Position numbers and translations under genes: made by a program
The notes under the pieces: model-generated
Databases searched by the model: none
What the model was told of the DNA's origin: nothing
The model's input: only the letters and a program-made list of their open reading frames with translations
Part shown: positions 1 to 14,084 of the stretch, piece by piece
How positions within the stretch are numbered: position 1 is the first letter of the stretch
How the letters are laid out: each line of letters opens with the position of its first letter
Origin: Takakia lepidozioides
Taxonomy: Eukaryota > Plantae > Bryophyta
Reading direction: 5' to 3'
Assembly (NCBI GenBank): GCA_030704615.1
Contig: CM060732.1
Location: forward strand, 16,678,001 to 16,742,000
Length of the DNA stretch: 64,000 bases

Positions 1-960
1 AATCCTGACACGGCAAGGCCTTCGTATACTGTGAGCGCGCGTAGTGGCTTCTCAGAACGGTGTGACATCGGGTTCTTGGTCATTCAACATTTACAGAATG
101 TGCTGGATGGAGGCACGATGGAGCGCACGGAGAGGTAAAGGCTGAAAGCGTTCATTAAGGTTGTGAACTACAATTATATCATGCCAAACCAGTTTTTCGG
201 TACGCAGATGGTGTCATGAGAGATTCTGCGATTTGCGCATAGGTGGACTTAATTTTGATGTTGACTTGAAGGCAAATGTGACACCAATGAAACTGGAAAC
301 TACAGGTAAGATGATGGCGTGCTACATCGCGACATAAACCTGCATTTGACATTCAGGCTTAGGATTCATGCAATTTGGTGCTACTCAGGCCTGCACAGTT
401 CCAGAGCAGAAGTGGGAGCCCATCCCAGGGATGGGGACCTCGTAAGTGCTTCTTCATTTTGTACTCACCTTGTTTTTGCATCGCACTTGTGCTACAAGGG
501 GCAGAGCCATTCATTTGGCTGGAGGTTCAATTCCTCTACAAGTGAGCTATTCCCGTGTCACTATAATCAGATAGATGTGTTTGTGGTGGTTGCTGGATTT
601 GCGGCTCTGGGGTGTCTTGCCAAGTGCTTGCAGGGATCAACGTTAATGTGGACGGGGCAGTACATGTAGCATAAAAGCTCATTCACTGGTGAAGAAGACC
701 ATGTGCGAACATATGTCATGCTATTGCTTCGAGAGTGCTGCTGTTGGGCAGGTGGGAGAATGGAACAACGGTGAGAAGGAAAGCAAGGGACGCACAAAAA
801 GGTGTCGTTCGGTCCTGTTCCTTTGGAGACACCCCCCATTCCACTGGTCTTTGTTCCTGGAAAGCATGCAGATGGGCCAGAAAATGCATGCACACATTCA
901 CGTCTACTTCCCGTATATGAAGACGATCCTCTCCTCACATGTCAGAAACAATATGGGCAG
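1..960 (+). pseudogene. Unidentified spliced gene fragment converging on the CACTA transposase (possible CACTA accessory gene)
   Basis: Open stretches bounded by GT/AG-like signals (gag|gtaaag ~134, cag|gctt ~356, ctc|gtaagt ~441, cag|ata ~570). There are stops and no recognisable motif. Confidence 0.2.
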
Positions 961-1199
961 AACAAAAAAGGTTTGTTCACAAGACAGTCAGTGACCACAT
1001 ACCCATACATTATCGATACTATTAACTGTCTCGCCCTTGCTTATAAGCAGGACTGTACAAAATGGGTTCTAAGGACAGTAAGAGTCCTTAGCATAGCTCT
1101 CGTCTATGAGCTGCTGGCTTAATGGACACTGAGATTCAGCTGGGCTCACTATCCGTATCCAAATAATCTTCCCCTTCACTACCCACATCTGCAATTTGC

Positions 1200-4100
1200 C
1201 TGGCGGTAATTACCAACCCTGGAATGTCTTCCTCATTAAAGGTAACTGCTCCTTCCAAAGAGACTGGTTCGGCCGTATCTGGTAGATTTCGTGGTTCCCT
1301 CAGACCCTCGTGGTCGGCATTCTCCCTAGGTCCAGATCATGGACGTCGGCAACGACTCGTTTGGCCCGGGGGTCCTTGTGAAGAACCACCTTCCATCCCG
1401 GCGCATGGATGTCATCTGAAAAGAAAACTTGCTCAACTTGCGATGGGAAGATGAATGGCTCTTCATCTTGTGGTAGCATTTTTCTGAAATCAGCAAGGAG
1501 GAACCCGTACTCATCCCGTTTCATGGTGGCATTCTCTCCTACCATATTGGCTTTTACCCAAGAACAACGGAATAGAATTGGCTTCACAAGACCATAGTCT
1601 AGTTTAAGGATCTCTTTGATCACTCCTACATATTGCACATGGCATGAAATTGGATTCTGATCTTGTGCACAGCTCCTACTCTCTTGTTCAAAAAATGATG
1701 CCACTCCGCTGTCATAAGTCACCAGGAGGCTGGTGTTGGCATCGTCCACTCTATAGTGATTGCCATATGCTTTCATTGACCGGTACGAAGTGGCAATCAG
1801 CCCTGGGGGGAATGACAGACTCACCATGCCCTCATCTGGGTCCTCGTTCTCTGATGCGTACACTGCAATTGCAGATCTGACCCACACTGTAAAGGGCTGC
1901 AGCTCCTCCATTGTTGTCGGGTACTCCACCGGGGATCTGCGCCTACGACCGCCCCTCCGCCATGCTTTTGCAAATGCTCTCCATTCCGTTTTCAGGCGGA
2001 CCTTCTCCGCTGCGTATTTTCTGGCAGAAACCAAATAGAAGCTGCAACTCAGTCCCCCTGACCAACACCGTACTGTACATGCATGCCACATGTAGAGTGT
2101 GTCCTTTCAAGCACATTGTAGTGATGCAGCCTACTTCATGATCACTTGCAAGCAACAACACCAACTACGAAACACCCTCTGTTGTCGTCTGAAGCACCCT
2201 GTTCAGTACACGATCCCACTCCCATAGTGGCCGGAATGACTTGTGACAATATATATGTAATTCATGCATACAAAGACCATTAAGAATAGCACAGGAGGGA
2301 TGTAAAGTTTACACCCACTGTCTCCATGGTGTCATGGTTGTTGTGTTGTTCAGCACATAATCATGTGCCACATCCCAAAGGCGCGGGCTCATGGCACGCT
2401 TTGTTCCACCACCTTCTAGGACCTCGCCTACAACTCCTTCTTCCTCGTTCTCGTCCCACACCCGTCGTTGTATTGCATCTTCATATACTTTGTCATGAAG
2501 CCCAGGGCTTCGTCGCGGATGTAGCCCTCCGCCATACTCCCCTCTGGCCGTGCCATGTTGCGTACATACCCCTTCAGATCCTTCATGTACCTCTCCATGG
2601 GGTACATCCAACGGCTGGCTACGGGCCCACACACATGCAGCTCCTCTACAAGATGCACTAGCAAGTGCGTCATGACGTCAAAGAATGATGGAGGGAATTC
2701 TTTCTCCAGCAAACATAGGGTCACAGCCACATCCTCATGCAGCGATGTAATGTCCCTCGGATCCCACACCTTCGCACAAATCTTCCTAAACACTCGACTT
2801 ACACGCATTATGGCTGTTCGAGGACCCGACGCCATCGTACCCCAAATGCACACTGGCAAAATCTGCTGCATCATCACGTGTAGATCATGTGACTTCATCC
2901 CCGACCATTTCTTGTTTATGGCATGCTTTTGGAAAGCACCCGAGAATCCGGTTGGCACTTTCATGGCTCCCAATGTCTTCAAAAATTCCTCTTGCTCTGA
3001 TTTGGTCAGGACGTATGATGCTGCTGGCATGAGCACTTTGCCTGGTCTATTTGGATCAGGCCTTAGCCACAGATGTGACCGTATCCCTTCAATCTCCATG
3101 TCCTTTCGTACGTTTATCGTATCCTTCTCCCCAAAGATAGTCTTCAGAATGTTCTCGCAGAAGTTCTTCTCACAATGCATGGGGTCCAGGAGGTACCACT
3201 GCAAGAGGTTCTGAAATGCCAAATGTCCTCCCATGAGACCAAGTTCTATGGGCAAAAATAGTAGAATATGTGGCAGAAGTTGTCCATGTTACTACATTCT
3301 GCTTTCAACAACTGCACGATCCTCTACACAGTGAGGTGTACGACTTCAACATCTACTGCATAGTAGTTACACTGACTTAGGAGTTGGTGGAAGGACTCCT
3401 GACAGTAAAGGTAATTCCAGGAAGCACAATGTGAAAGAAAGTGAGTGAATGGGGGGGGGGGGGGGGGGGGGATTCATGCACCTTTCAGTATGGCAAATCC
3501 CAAAGGATTGTCCGGCGCTTCACCCCGTGCGACATGGCTGGATCCGCACTACTTTTCTCTCCCTCCAATCTCCATGAACGCCTCTTTCTCCTTTGCAAAT
3601 TGCAATGTCTCCTCCGGTGTCACAACATTTGGTGCCATTCTCTTTTCAACACATCCATTGAAGTGCCGGCCTGCTCGTCGGTAGGGGTGGTTTCTTGCAA
3701 GGTAACGTCGATGCCCCATGTATATTGTCTTCCCTAATGGCTTTGAGTGCCGTGAATCCACATAGGGCCCACAAATGGGGCACCCTTTGTAGCCCTTCGT
3801 CTTGCAACCCGCAACAAGGCCATATGCGGGGAAATCGTGGATTGACCACATGAGTATGGCACGGAGGGTGAAACTCCGTTGCCCTACTGGTTTCAAAATG
3901 TCGTAAGCTTCAACTCCAATCTATAGTTCCTGTAGCTCTTCAATCAATGGTTGCAAATACACATCTATGTTTGCATTTGTCACGGACTCCTTGCCTGGAA
4001 TCAAGAGAGACAACATGACAAAGAATTTCTTTGTTGTCAACCATGGTGGCAGGTTGTATGCCACCAACTGCACGGGCCATGTGGACCATGTGCAACTCTT

Positions 4101-5219
4101 TGATCCGTATGGGTTTACTCCATCCGTAGATACAGCCAATCGCACATTGCGTGGGTCCTCGGCGAAATCGGGCCAAGTTGCATCTATATGCTTCCATGCA
4201 AGGGAATCTGGGACATGCCTTACCAAACCATCGTTTGAGGCATTCCTGGAATGCCAAGTCATGAGCTCACTAATGGTCTTGCATTTGTACATTCGTAATA
4301 GACGGGGGATAAGGGGAAAGTGCCTCAACACCTTGGCTGGCTGTTGTAACCTGCCCACATCATGGTATCGGGCTGCACCGCATTTGGGGCACTCCATAGC
4401 GTCCTTGTACTCTCTTCTGAAAAGTACATGTCCTTTTGGACATGCATGTATTTTCACGTAGTTGAGGCCGAGCTTCCCAATCATTTTGTTGGCCATGTGA
4501 CAGCTTTTTGGCATTTCATTTGGTTGTGGAAGCAAGTTCAGCCGAAGCAAAGAGAACAACTCGTCCACAAAATGGTCTGACACACCGTGGGTTGTGCACA
4601 GGTTCATCAACAGCATGCTGGCAGCAAGCTTTGTGGATTTGCATCCCTCGTACAGTGGCACACATGCTTCTTCTAGTGTCATGTGTGCAGAATTCTCATT
4701 TCCATCTCCACCTCCTTCCACGCCTTCCCCCACGTGAATGCCTTCATTTCCTGCGTCATCACCATCCCCAGTTGTCGCAGCGCCGTCCCCCTTCGTCCAT
4801 GATGTGGAATGCTTCCTGCAACATTCGAGTAATCTCCACCCCTCCGTCCATGCCTGGTTCCTGTCCTGCGCCCATGACATAGTCCTCGTTGGCCTGTCTG
4901 TATGGCTCCCTCGGGGGTGTGCATTGTCCAATTGTGCCCACTCCTCATCGTCTTCGTCTGCAGGTCCATCTCCAATCCACACCCGAAATGCTTCATGTCT
5001 TTTGTGGTGAAGGAGATGTGTGCGCACACCGTCCTCAGATCTACTTGTAGTGCCCAAACAACGTTCACATGGGCATGGCATCCTTGAAAGCCCAAGGGCT
5101 CGGGCACGTGCCACTTCTCTTTCCCACAACCTGTCATCCCGGTTGTTCTGTCTACAGGGGTGATTAATTGGAAGTCCTCCGCATGGGCGAGGCGAACTCA
5201 TTTTTGTTGGGGAACTCAA
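1200..5219 (-). pseudogene. CACTA (En/Spm) TnpD-like transposase, disrupted
   Basis: ORF 3921-5219 has a CPCxxC transposase-associated motif, IHACPKG and RNVRLAVSTDGVNPY...TWPV...NLPPWL (Transposase_21). ORF 3549-3896 has LMWSIHDFPAYG...GYKGCPIC. ORF 2428-3255 has DPMHCEKN and FPPSFFDVMTHLLVHL...RWMYPMER (DUF4218). ORF 1300-2091 has YVGVIKEI...LFRCSW...EPFIFPSQVEQVF (DUF4216). Stops and frameshifts separate the pieces. Confidence 0.93.
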
Positions 5220-5739
5220 GACAGACAGGAGAGAGAAGTGGGTCTATGGGCATATCAGAATTACAAGAGCACACCAAAAGACTGGAGATTTGTTCCATCT
5301 ATGCACCTTCGGTACAGATGGTGAAGAGAGGCAAAGGCCGTGTGGGGAAGTACATACATCAACTCCCCCAACTGCACGAACTATTGGGCCCCTTGTTCTC
5401 TTCCATGGTATGCTCTGCCCCAATCCAAACACCCTGAATTCTCCATTGTTGCTACTGCAGCCTGCTTTCATTCACATCAACAGCATGTCAAGGGCGTCAC
5501 AAGAACTTCCTATAGGAAATGTGACAGTTTATGGGAGAGGAGATATGTCAATCATATCTTCATTTACCAGGAAAGATGATAACCCCATCCCCACCTCACA
5601 GCCAACAATCTCCACGACGCCAGACTTTCATATGTCAGCATGCACCTGTTTTGACCTTCTGGCAGGCTGGCCCACACCTTCGAAGTAACACAAACGGATA
5701 TGACCTGGTCAAATTTCCCCTTTTCAGCCTCAACGACAC

Positions 5740-6360
5740 TCCCTGTGCCCAGCTGTAGAAGAGGGCAAGCAGGTCTTCGGATATTCTCAGCAAGGGCATG
5801 GCAAAGATGCTCTGCAACTTTTCAACCAAGTTTTGAAACAGCAAGGGGTGAAGCCAAATGATGTTACACTCATTGCAGTTCTGTCTGCATGCAGCCATAT
5901 GGGCCTAGTAGATGAAGGACAACACTATTTCCATTCTATGAGTAGAGATTATAGATTGTACTCATAAGACGTTGTATGCCGTAGCCTTGTGGCCATTGAC
6001 CCTGCGCCCAGTTTGAGCGGGAACAAAAGGAACAGAACCTACCTCCGTCAGGGGCTGACGGTGGTAGTAAGACTTACCATCATATAAGGAATTAATCCGG
6101 GTTTTCCAGATATCCTCTAGAAAACCCTTCACACAAGCATCAATCTGTTGTGTGTGATAATAGAATCATTCCAACAGGAAAACATTTTGGCTGCATGGTT
6201 GACCTTCTTGGCCGTGCAGGGCGCTTGGATGAGGCGGAGAATTTCATCAACAGAATGCCAATTAAACCAGATGCTTTAGTGTGGGGCTTTACTTGGTGCC
6301 TGCAGAATACATGGCAATGTGAAGCTAGCAGAGCGTGCTGCAGAATGTTGTCTCAAAGGT
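5740..6360 (+). pseudogene. PLS-class PPR gene fragment (last PPR triplet and start of E domain), interrupted by a LINE tail
   Basis: GVKPNDVTLIAVLSACSHMGLVDEGQHYFHSM, then after the insertion [34 protein letters not shown] and frameshifted GACRIHGNV. Confidence 0.9.
5956..6155 (-). mobile_element. 5'-truncated LINE 3' end (~200 bp) inserted in the PPR fragment
   Basis: Its reverse complement matches the LINE tail at ~23035-23135 (cagattgatgcttgtgtgaaggg...gatatctggaaaacccgg). It is flanked by gattataga (5947-5955) and gataataga (6156-6164), a TSD with one mismatch. Confidence 0.8.
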
Positions 6361-6544
6361 GAAAAGTTTCAGATGCAGACATACGGTGTGACATTTCTGG
6401 TAGTCAGTGAAGGACCGAAAAGTGAGGAAAGAGATATGTGTATCACGTCTGTGGGATTCCTAAAGGGCCACAAGGAGTAGAACAACAAACAAATAACCAT
6501 AGAAGGGCCCACAAAGAGTCAGAGAACTACTCAAGGCTAATATC

Positions 6545-6680
6545 GGTTCATTGTTGCAACTGGCCCCACCATCTGACCTTGAATTTATGTCGTCGGGAGC
6601 TTAAGGAACGAATGCCAAACTCGCCCCGAACAGCCACATTGGCTGTTTTGGAGCATGCTGACATGCACATGAAAACCGTG
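6545..6680 (-). mobile_element. LINE fragment, same family as the host of element A (empty-site copy)
   Basis: Reverse complement reads gcatgtcagcatgctccaaaacagccaatgtggctgttcggggcgagtttggc, i.e. a single copy of the sequence duplicated around element A. Confidence 0.75.
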
Positions 6681-7749
6681 TCAAGGGCTTGGTGTCAATT
6701 GTGCTAAGAGATCAGCTAGTGAGTCGAGGTAACCCTCCCCGTGATTGTGAAAAAGAAGACATACCGAGTCATTTTCTTATCCAAGCATATATTAACCATG
6801 ATAGATGAGACCTTTAGTTTTTGGATGGATAATAGACAAGGCCGCTTTTAAGGACATTGACCATCCTACCAGGACTACCTCTCATTTGCTTGAAGCCTGG
6901 ACCGCAATAAGACATTGAGGATATGAACTGTTCAAGCATTACAAAAAATGAAAGAAACAAAGAAACTGTATGATGTCCACTGGAGATTACAGAACAAGCC
7001 TGCATAACAGGCCAACCAAATGTCAGTTGTGTGAATCACTACATCTAGTTGTCTGGAGGACTGTAAGTGGTTTAGGGTTTAACGTCTCAAAGTCGAAAAG
7101 GCCATAGTGTCGGATGCACGACACGTGTTCATTTTGAAATCAACAACGGCCGGATCTTCACCTTGAGCTCGGGGGGTGTGTGATCACACTCCCCTCCTTG
7201 TCCTTCTTTCCTCCTTTGCATGTCTTGGTCTTCCTCGCTCGTCTTTGTCTTGCTCATGGTCTATGTCCTCGCTCGTCTTCATCTTTGTCATGGTCTATGT
7301 CCACGCCTAGTAAGAAGCGGTCGACCGCCGAGGCAGCATCACCTCCTCCCACTTGTGCACATTCCAGCCCGCGGTGCGAAGGAGCCCCCGCCTGGCTCGA
7401 CTGAATCTGGTACAGATGGCTTCGGTGCGAGAGGGAAGGCAGAGCAGTGGGCGGTCTTCCAGTTTGGATTTTGACACAAGCGACTATAGCATGGGCGACG
7501 ACGATGAGGTGGAGGACAGTTCGGCGGAAATTGCACCTCCATCTGCAGAGTCTCTCCAAAAGGTGCGCAAACGGCACAAACCCGCTGCGCATGAGGTGAG
7601 TTCTACCCTACTTCTGTTCATGTTCTATGGGCGTTGAGTTCTCTTGAAACTGAAACTGGGATGCACATATATCCATAAAGTTGTTCAATCGGATCTCGTA
7701 GTATAGAGGGCAGTAGAAGAAGAAGTGTTCTTCAGTTTCAATTTCCTTG

Positions 7750-8800
7750 CTGCGCCCTATGCAAGCTGGACATAGGCGGTCCTCCCGTTGCAGGTTTTCC
7801 CATCTGCCAGTCTCTATCCGTAGGTTGTGGGAACCCCCCTGAACTGCCCCAATGCCCTCAGGAGGGAAGGAGCTAAGGGTGCTGAAAGGTAATTTGGTCT
7901 CAAGATTCTATCATCGCGGAGCACCAAGAATGTCTCTCGATAGAAGTGGAGCTTGTTGTGAGATTGGGTAGCATCCAAGTTCTCTTCACATGTAATTCCA
8001 TAAGCTCTCTCCGAATGAGTCTGTTGCGGTCATGTGTGGATGTGATGTCCACCTCATCTGGGTTCATTGGTAATAGGAAAGTAATAGAAAGTCCGTTACG
8101 TTGAAATAAACTGTCCACTCGAGCATACCAGGAGTTCCCGAAACCTGCAGCTTTGAGCCTCATAGATGTTGTGGGGCCTTGCCACTAGCCCTTTGGGTGG
8201 AAGGGCCTGCAATCTATTCCTCACAGATTGTAAGCCTGAACTGTGCCTCGGATTGCAATGGTACACATGCGAACTCTGCACCTAGGATCTGAGAGGGAGT
8301 TGTGCTTCTGGCGCCAAGCATTGCTTGGAGAAAAGATGACTGTAATGGTTCCAAAACTTTTCCCACCAGGAGACAGGGACACCAGGTGCCCAGAACTCAC
8401 AACCATAGATGGTAGCAGGGCTGACGACGGTGTCAAACAGACACATTTTGGTCGGGGGATGCCGCACATGTATTTGCTTGCATTTGGCGTGAAGGCGGAC
8501 GGAGGCCGCCTTACCTTAGTCAATCTGTCCAAGGCAGTGGCTGCAAAGTGAAACTTGGGGGGTGGATAACCAGACCTAGGTACCGGTATGATTTGACAAT
8601 CTCAATTTCCTGCTGGTTGAAGATGAATCTACGATCAGCCTGGCCATTGAAGACCATGATCTTGGTCTTGCTAAGATTGACTTGCATCCCATAGTCTTTG
8701 CAGAACTGTTCCAAAATTTAGAGATGGCGTTGCAGAAAGACCGGGGATTGTGCCAAAAGGGCAACATCATCAGCGTAGAGGAGATGTGATTGGGCAGAAA
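7750..8800 (-). mobile_element. Non-LTR retrotransposon (LINE) RT C-terminal region, degraded
   Basis: Minus strand gives HLLYADDVAL (~8760-8790), FCKDYGMQVNLSKTKIMVF, EIVKSYRYLG and LFDTVVSPATIYGCEFW. Frameshifted. Confidence 0.85.
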
Positions 8801-9029
8801 ATGAAGTTAGGCAGAAATGTGCAGTGGTAGCAATCAACGACAGAGGAGAGGGAGGAAGTGATCTTAAGTGGCAGTGGGGTAGCCAAGAGATCCTCCTCCC
8901 TTCCTACACTTACCTAGCGTAGATTTTTTCCTCCAATTGTAATTGGGATGCACATATACGGAAAGTTGTTCAACTGGCAAGGGCAAAGCTCTGGGGCTCA
9001 CTATTTTTCCACTGCAAGGGGTCATCTCT

Positions 9030-9167
9030 GAGGTTAAGAAAACCATGCTTTGTCGCGTTATTAGACCTGCCTTGGAGTAGCGGATCTGCTATATGGGTTC
9101 ATAACTCCAACCAAGCTAAGTCTCTAGAATCCATTCAAGTGGGGGTGCTTAAGGAGTGTATGTCAGC
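9030..9167 (+). mobile_element. LINE fragment, left part of the site interrupted by element A
   Basis: Colinear with 55905-56020 (aaaaccatgctttg...ttaggcctgccttggagta...ataactccaacca...gtgcttaagga). It continues at 22344. Confidence 0.8.
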
Positions 9168-9582
9168 CAGCGTAGCTACGGCGTGAGCCCAGCCCCCTGA
9201 GCCTGGGAGCTGAGCTCACGTTCAAGCTTTGAAGCGTGAGCTGAGCTCACGCTTCAGGGAAGCGTGAGCGGCATGAATCTGCTGGAGACGAGGTCCTAAA
9301 GGCGAGGATTGCAGGAAGAGGGCCTATTACCGTGGACAAAACAAAGGAGGCCACCATGCACCATGTCTGCAATGCGTGCCAAAAAGAGGATATGTAAACA
9401 TGGCAGATTTGAGCTCAGAATGATTGACACAGTTTATTTCAATTCACAGAGAGACGCTTACAATGAATCGCAATGCATTTGCCCTCACAAGTGAACGAAA
9501 TGTATATGTTTGTCATAAAATGAAAAGTCTTCACACGGCAACCTGGAACCCAGCATGGGAAGCGGGCATGGCTCGTATGTGT

Positions 9583-12500
9583 TCAAAGAGAAGTTGGCGG
9601 AGCTCTACGCGAGGTGTCCCGCTGCAGAAGGGTGATGACTTCTCCGTAGCCTAGTGTGGCTTGTGAATGACTTGGTCTCTCTTACCGTCGCAACACATAA
9701 TTACAAGGTATATGTAATATTGATGCTTGCAGGGGACCCACTTCCCTCTCATGCCGAGAGCGCCCTCACGCATCGTTACAAAATCCGGACAGTGCACGAT
9801 GGGAATTCCCAAGGTAACTTGATATTTTTGGCATGAAGAACTGAGCCAATTGACACAGCACTGTGTAATCCGTCCATACCCCGGGGAAGGGACTTCGGTG
9901 ATACGAGTCACGTAGCCTGCAAAATTCTAGCCGATTCCATCTTGCATTCGTGATCTGCACCCGAAGCAACACGGCGCACTGTTTTTCCATCTCTTTTTGT
10001 TGGGTGGGAGTCGGCACCGGGTGGAGGCATTGTCGGAGCATGTGGCACATTCTGTGCCGACAGTGCATAAGGGCACCACCCGGGACCGTGCAAGACAAAA
10101 CCCTCCCTCCTCCAGCATGCTTATCTCGGTTGAGGACAGCGATGTCCCAATTTTCCAGGCCAAATTGCGGGGGAGGGGGCTTCATTATCACGGAAGGACG
10201 AACTGTTCCCTTCACGCATCGTGCCATATCGTCTGGGCAGAACCAAAACTTGTGTTCTTTTGACTCCCCACTATGGTAAGGTCGGAACAACCCTGTGAAT
10301 GTTGGAGCTGGAGTCCCCCTGGAGCCTTTGCATATTTTTGATTTGCATTTCTTGAAAGAGGGGTCCGAATTGCCATGCAAGCCACTCTAGATCCTGGTGG
10401 GGTGCGTTCTATATGCCAGTCACTATCAATGCAATCAGATTCCTGCACCATGGCCACCACCTCCTCCAATGGGATTTCCGCTGCTATGCTTGCATGTTCT
10501 GCACCTGCTCCACAGGAGGAGGACCCACCTGGGAAGGGGCCGGCACAGGACTTAGTCTGCACTGGAGACACCTTTGGCACAGAGAAATTGACCCTGTCTG
10601 GCCTATGGGAATCTCCATCTGACCCTGGAAGAGTGTTTAATTTCCTTTTGCATGATCCAAATCTTTCCTCGCCTTCCAAATGGGGAGCCTGGATTGCAGA
10701 GGGGAGCCTTCAGTGCACCTGTTTAGAGCTCTGGCCATCTTTGACGGGTCTCCGGACCTACTCGCAGCCCTTAGCATCAACAAAGTCGAATCGGGGCCCT
10801 TCCCTCCCCCCGTCCCCTCAGAAATTGCGGTACCTGGTTTTTGTGGAATTGCAGCACGCACCATGTCCATCAGCAAGTGGCCACATACAAGTCACGACCT
10901 GCTTTGGTAGACTGTTGCATCCAGGCGTTGTGAACAGTCTCTGCCAAATTACACGATGGCATGTCGGCCAAGTCCTCCAAGGACATGTCCTGCAGGAGGC
11001 ATTGCATGGAAATGTGAGGAAGGAAAAGAAATGGTAGAGGTTCTTCAAGTGACAATCGAACAACCCAAATGAACAGGCACGATGCAAAGTGCAATTTGTG
11101 TTTAAGGAAAACTTGTGAGGCTTACCGTCGTCATGAAAGCTCCCCACTGTCTGTACCTGAAGTGCCAGAAAACCAACCAGTCCTCCAACTCCTTCAGGTG
11201 GATACCTGTAGCAGCACCAGCGGAGAACCACCAAGCCCGGATTGCCTGGTAAGTGCTCTCAGCTTCTCCCATTGAGGTGGCATTCTTGTACTTCAGACAG
11301 AGCCTTCTATGCTCCAACTGAAGGTCAGGGCGAATGCAGCGCTTTGTATGACGTGCCAGAGATTGACTCCAATGGAAGAGGCATGTGCGCTCCCTATTTT
11401 CCATGGGGACCTTAGGATCCCCAGAACCAAACACGCGCCGCACTGCATTGAAATTTGCCTGTGCACTATCAGCCATGAAGCCCGCAAAATTTGTGTTCTG
11501 TATTTCATTGCGCTGCATGACGGTCAGGAGGGAATTCCACATGAGCATCTGGGATTCAGTGTCCTCCGACTGCATATCACAAATTGCTATGGAGAGCACA
11601 CGCTGGTACGCTGGATCATACACATGGCACGCCATGGTTGTCCAACCCTTCACCCGTTTGCAGTGATCAAACATTAACCAACATTTAGCCAAATCTCCTC
11701 CAGGTTGCATTCGGCGGACAATGCTCACACCACTGCCTTGGCCCACAGCGGACATCTTGAACAAATACACTTTGGACGAGCCCTGGCCAGGGAAGATACT
11801 GTTTTGAATGAATTCATAGCGACTCCTCCGTTTGAGGTCCATAATGTTGTCCATGAATCCAGCAGTGCCTGTGCCCATTCTGAGTGCATTCACCTGGTTT
11901 CGAATATTGGGAGAGCTCAACACGGAGAAATGGTCCATGACTGCCTCAAGGGAATCTGCATCCAGCATTGGCTGTGTCGCATCCCCTTCACCCAGTATGT
12001 GTTTTTCCAGGAATGCCTTGCTAGCTGCAAGCGCTATAGCAGAAGGTGTTGCAGAAGGGGCATTATGGAACTCTTGCTTCAGTAGATTTCTAGCGATGTC
12101 CACGCTATCCCTGCAACTCCCTTTGGACACAGGATGCTCGTGTGCACCCATATGAATGCAGGCACGAGTCATTGTCTTGCATCGATGTGCCACCTGATAC
12201 ATACGAGCGTGGCAAACAGAAACACAGGACGGGGAAAGTTTGCAGAACCTGCACACAAAAGTATTGGTCTTGGGAGGTGCAAGCCCTGGGGTGAAAGGAT
12301 TCAGGGGCACACCTTCCCACTCACTTTCGTTTGGCTGAGCGCTGTTTCTCAGCCGAGGGCAAGAAATATTCAGGCACTTGCAATGCCCAACGCAAACCGA
12401 CCTCCGAAATTTCAAGCCAATGTCGTTATGGATGTTCGAAGTTTTTGTCCTGCACCAAGGATGTCCGTCATGTTTCTTGTCCATGCCCTGCAGAAGCCCA

Positions 12501-13160
12501 GCCAGTCCACTGGAAGACGTGGGAGGGTTGAGCTCAAACAAGATGTCCCCATCAAACTGAGCTGGCACGTATTGAACCCGTTGCACTGGAAGGGACTCCC
12601 AATCAACAAAAACGTAGCTCGCTCTTGCACCCAGGCACACCTGCGAGGGCTTTCAATTTTGGAATGACACTTGTTATCTCTTGCAATTCGTCATCATCCA
12701 ATAAGGGAGTTTGCACTGGCGGAGGAATCTCAGAAACATCCTCCGAGGACGAGTCCGAAAGAGTAACGAAGGTAGTGGATGTGCTCACCTCTTGTTTCAC
12801 AGGAACTGTGCCCTTCTGTTGCACGACCGATGCTGCAGTGCCAGGGGTAACGACTGATCCTGCTGATTGTCTTCTCTCTTTTCCAAGGACACGGTATGTT
12901 CCTGGAAGGACTCTCCACTTCCTTCCACACTCGCCAACCAAGGGTTTCTCCAAGTGCCCAGAATCCAAATTCCCATCCTCGTCATACACCTCTTTCTGAA
13001 CAAGCAGAGAACCCAACTCCAGCGGGAACACTGTAACCAGCTCATCCTCATGAACAACTGCATACCCATCGTCGTCTGCAGTGGCAGTCAGTGGAAGAGT
13101 ACCTGCATTGGAATGGAATCGAGCGAGTGCATCTCGCTCCCTCGACATGTTTTCCAGCAC
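9583..13160 (-). pseudogene. MULE transposase of element A (GCM/WRKY-like Zn finger, DDE core, SWIM finger), two exons, frameshifted
   Basis: DGHPWCRTKTSN...CVGHCKC...C..CRFC...C...HMGAHEHP, then LMFDH...FMADSAQANFNAVRRVF...CLFHW (D, D, CxxH), then CNLAETVHN (E) after an intron at ~10993-11125, then a SWIM-like CPDF...CKH at ~9725-9795. Frameshifts at ~12615 and elsewhere. Confidence 0.85.
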
Positions 13161-14084
13161 TGAACGAAACTGCCGATTCAGAACGGAATCCCCGAACTGA
13201 GAGCCCGTAATTATCGAAAGTGGAATACCACCAGCAAACTGAGGTCAACAAGGTAGCACCAAACCAAAGGCTGCCGGCGATGCATGCCAAGGATGTAGGG
13301 ATGACGTGCACCTTCACCTCCCACCAACCAGAAAAACGTTTTTGAAAGACCAGAGCCACAAGAAGCCGTACTTTTTTTGGATGGAAAACAAACCCCTGAA
13401 AATGACATGAAACCATCCATTATGAAATGACGGCACAACCCCTGGAGAGCAGTAAACAGGAGATCCGATTGTAATGAGATTGTGTTGCGCCAGAATAGCA
13501 CAGAACAAACACCGACACTCCAGAGATACCTCGCACGAATGTGTGCAACACATGGTCATATCCGACACAATCCTTTATACCGAATGACCCATGGGGACGG
13601 TCACGGCATAAAAAAACCACAGGGCATCAGTAAAACCACGTGGATCATAGTGCACATTGAAGCATAACAATTATTGCGAATCTGGAAGAACTGCTCGGAA
13701 TTGAAAAAGCACTACATTTCTACGGCGCATTCGAATTTGAAAGAAGGCAAGGAGGCCGCCATGTATTTGCAGGCGGCGAAGTACATCTGACATATATCGC
13801 AAATGCATGCAACGGATGTTCTTTTTCTCTTCGGCGCTTTATTAGCCTGGGTAATACAAGACGACAATGGATGAATTCCGTTCGCACACAATATCAACAC
13901 CCGCATCCAATACGGTTGACAACGTCCATTTTTATTTTTGTTACATGCGATACCAGCACTTGTTGTCAAACGTCAAACTGGAGAGCTCCAGGGGCACTCG
14001 TGGGGAGCCTTGTTTCCACGGAGGAAAAAGGAAAAGAAGTCATTATACTTCACGATTCTAGAACAGAATAGAGCTAGATATAGA

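Noticed and set aside
7398-7595. Acidic exon-like segment MASVREG...AAHE|gtgag
   Set aside because: It resembles a TE first exon but is isolated and unassignable.
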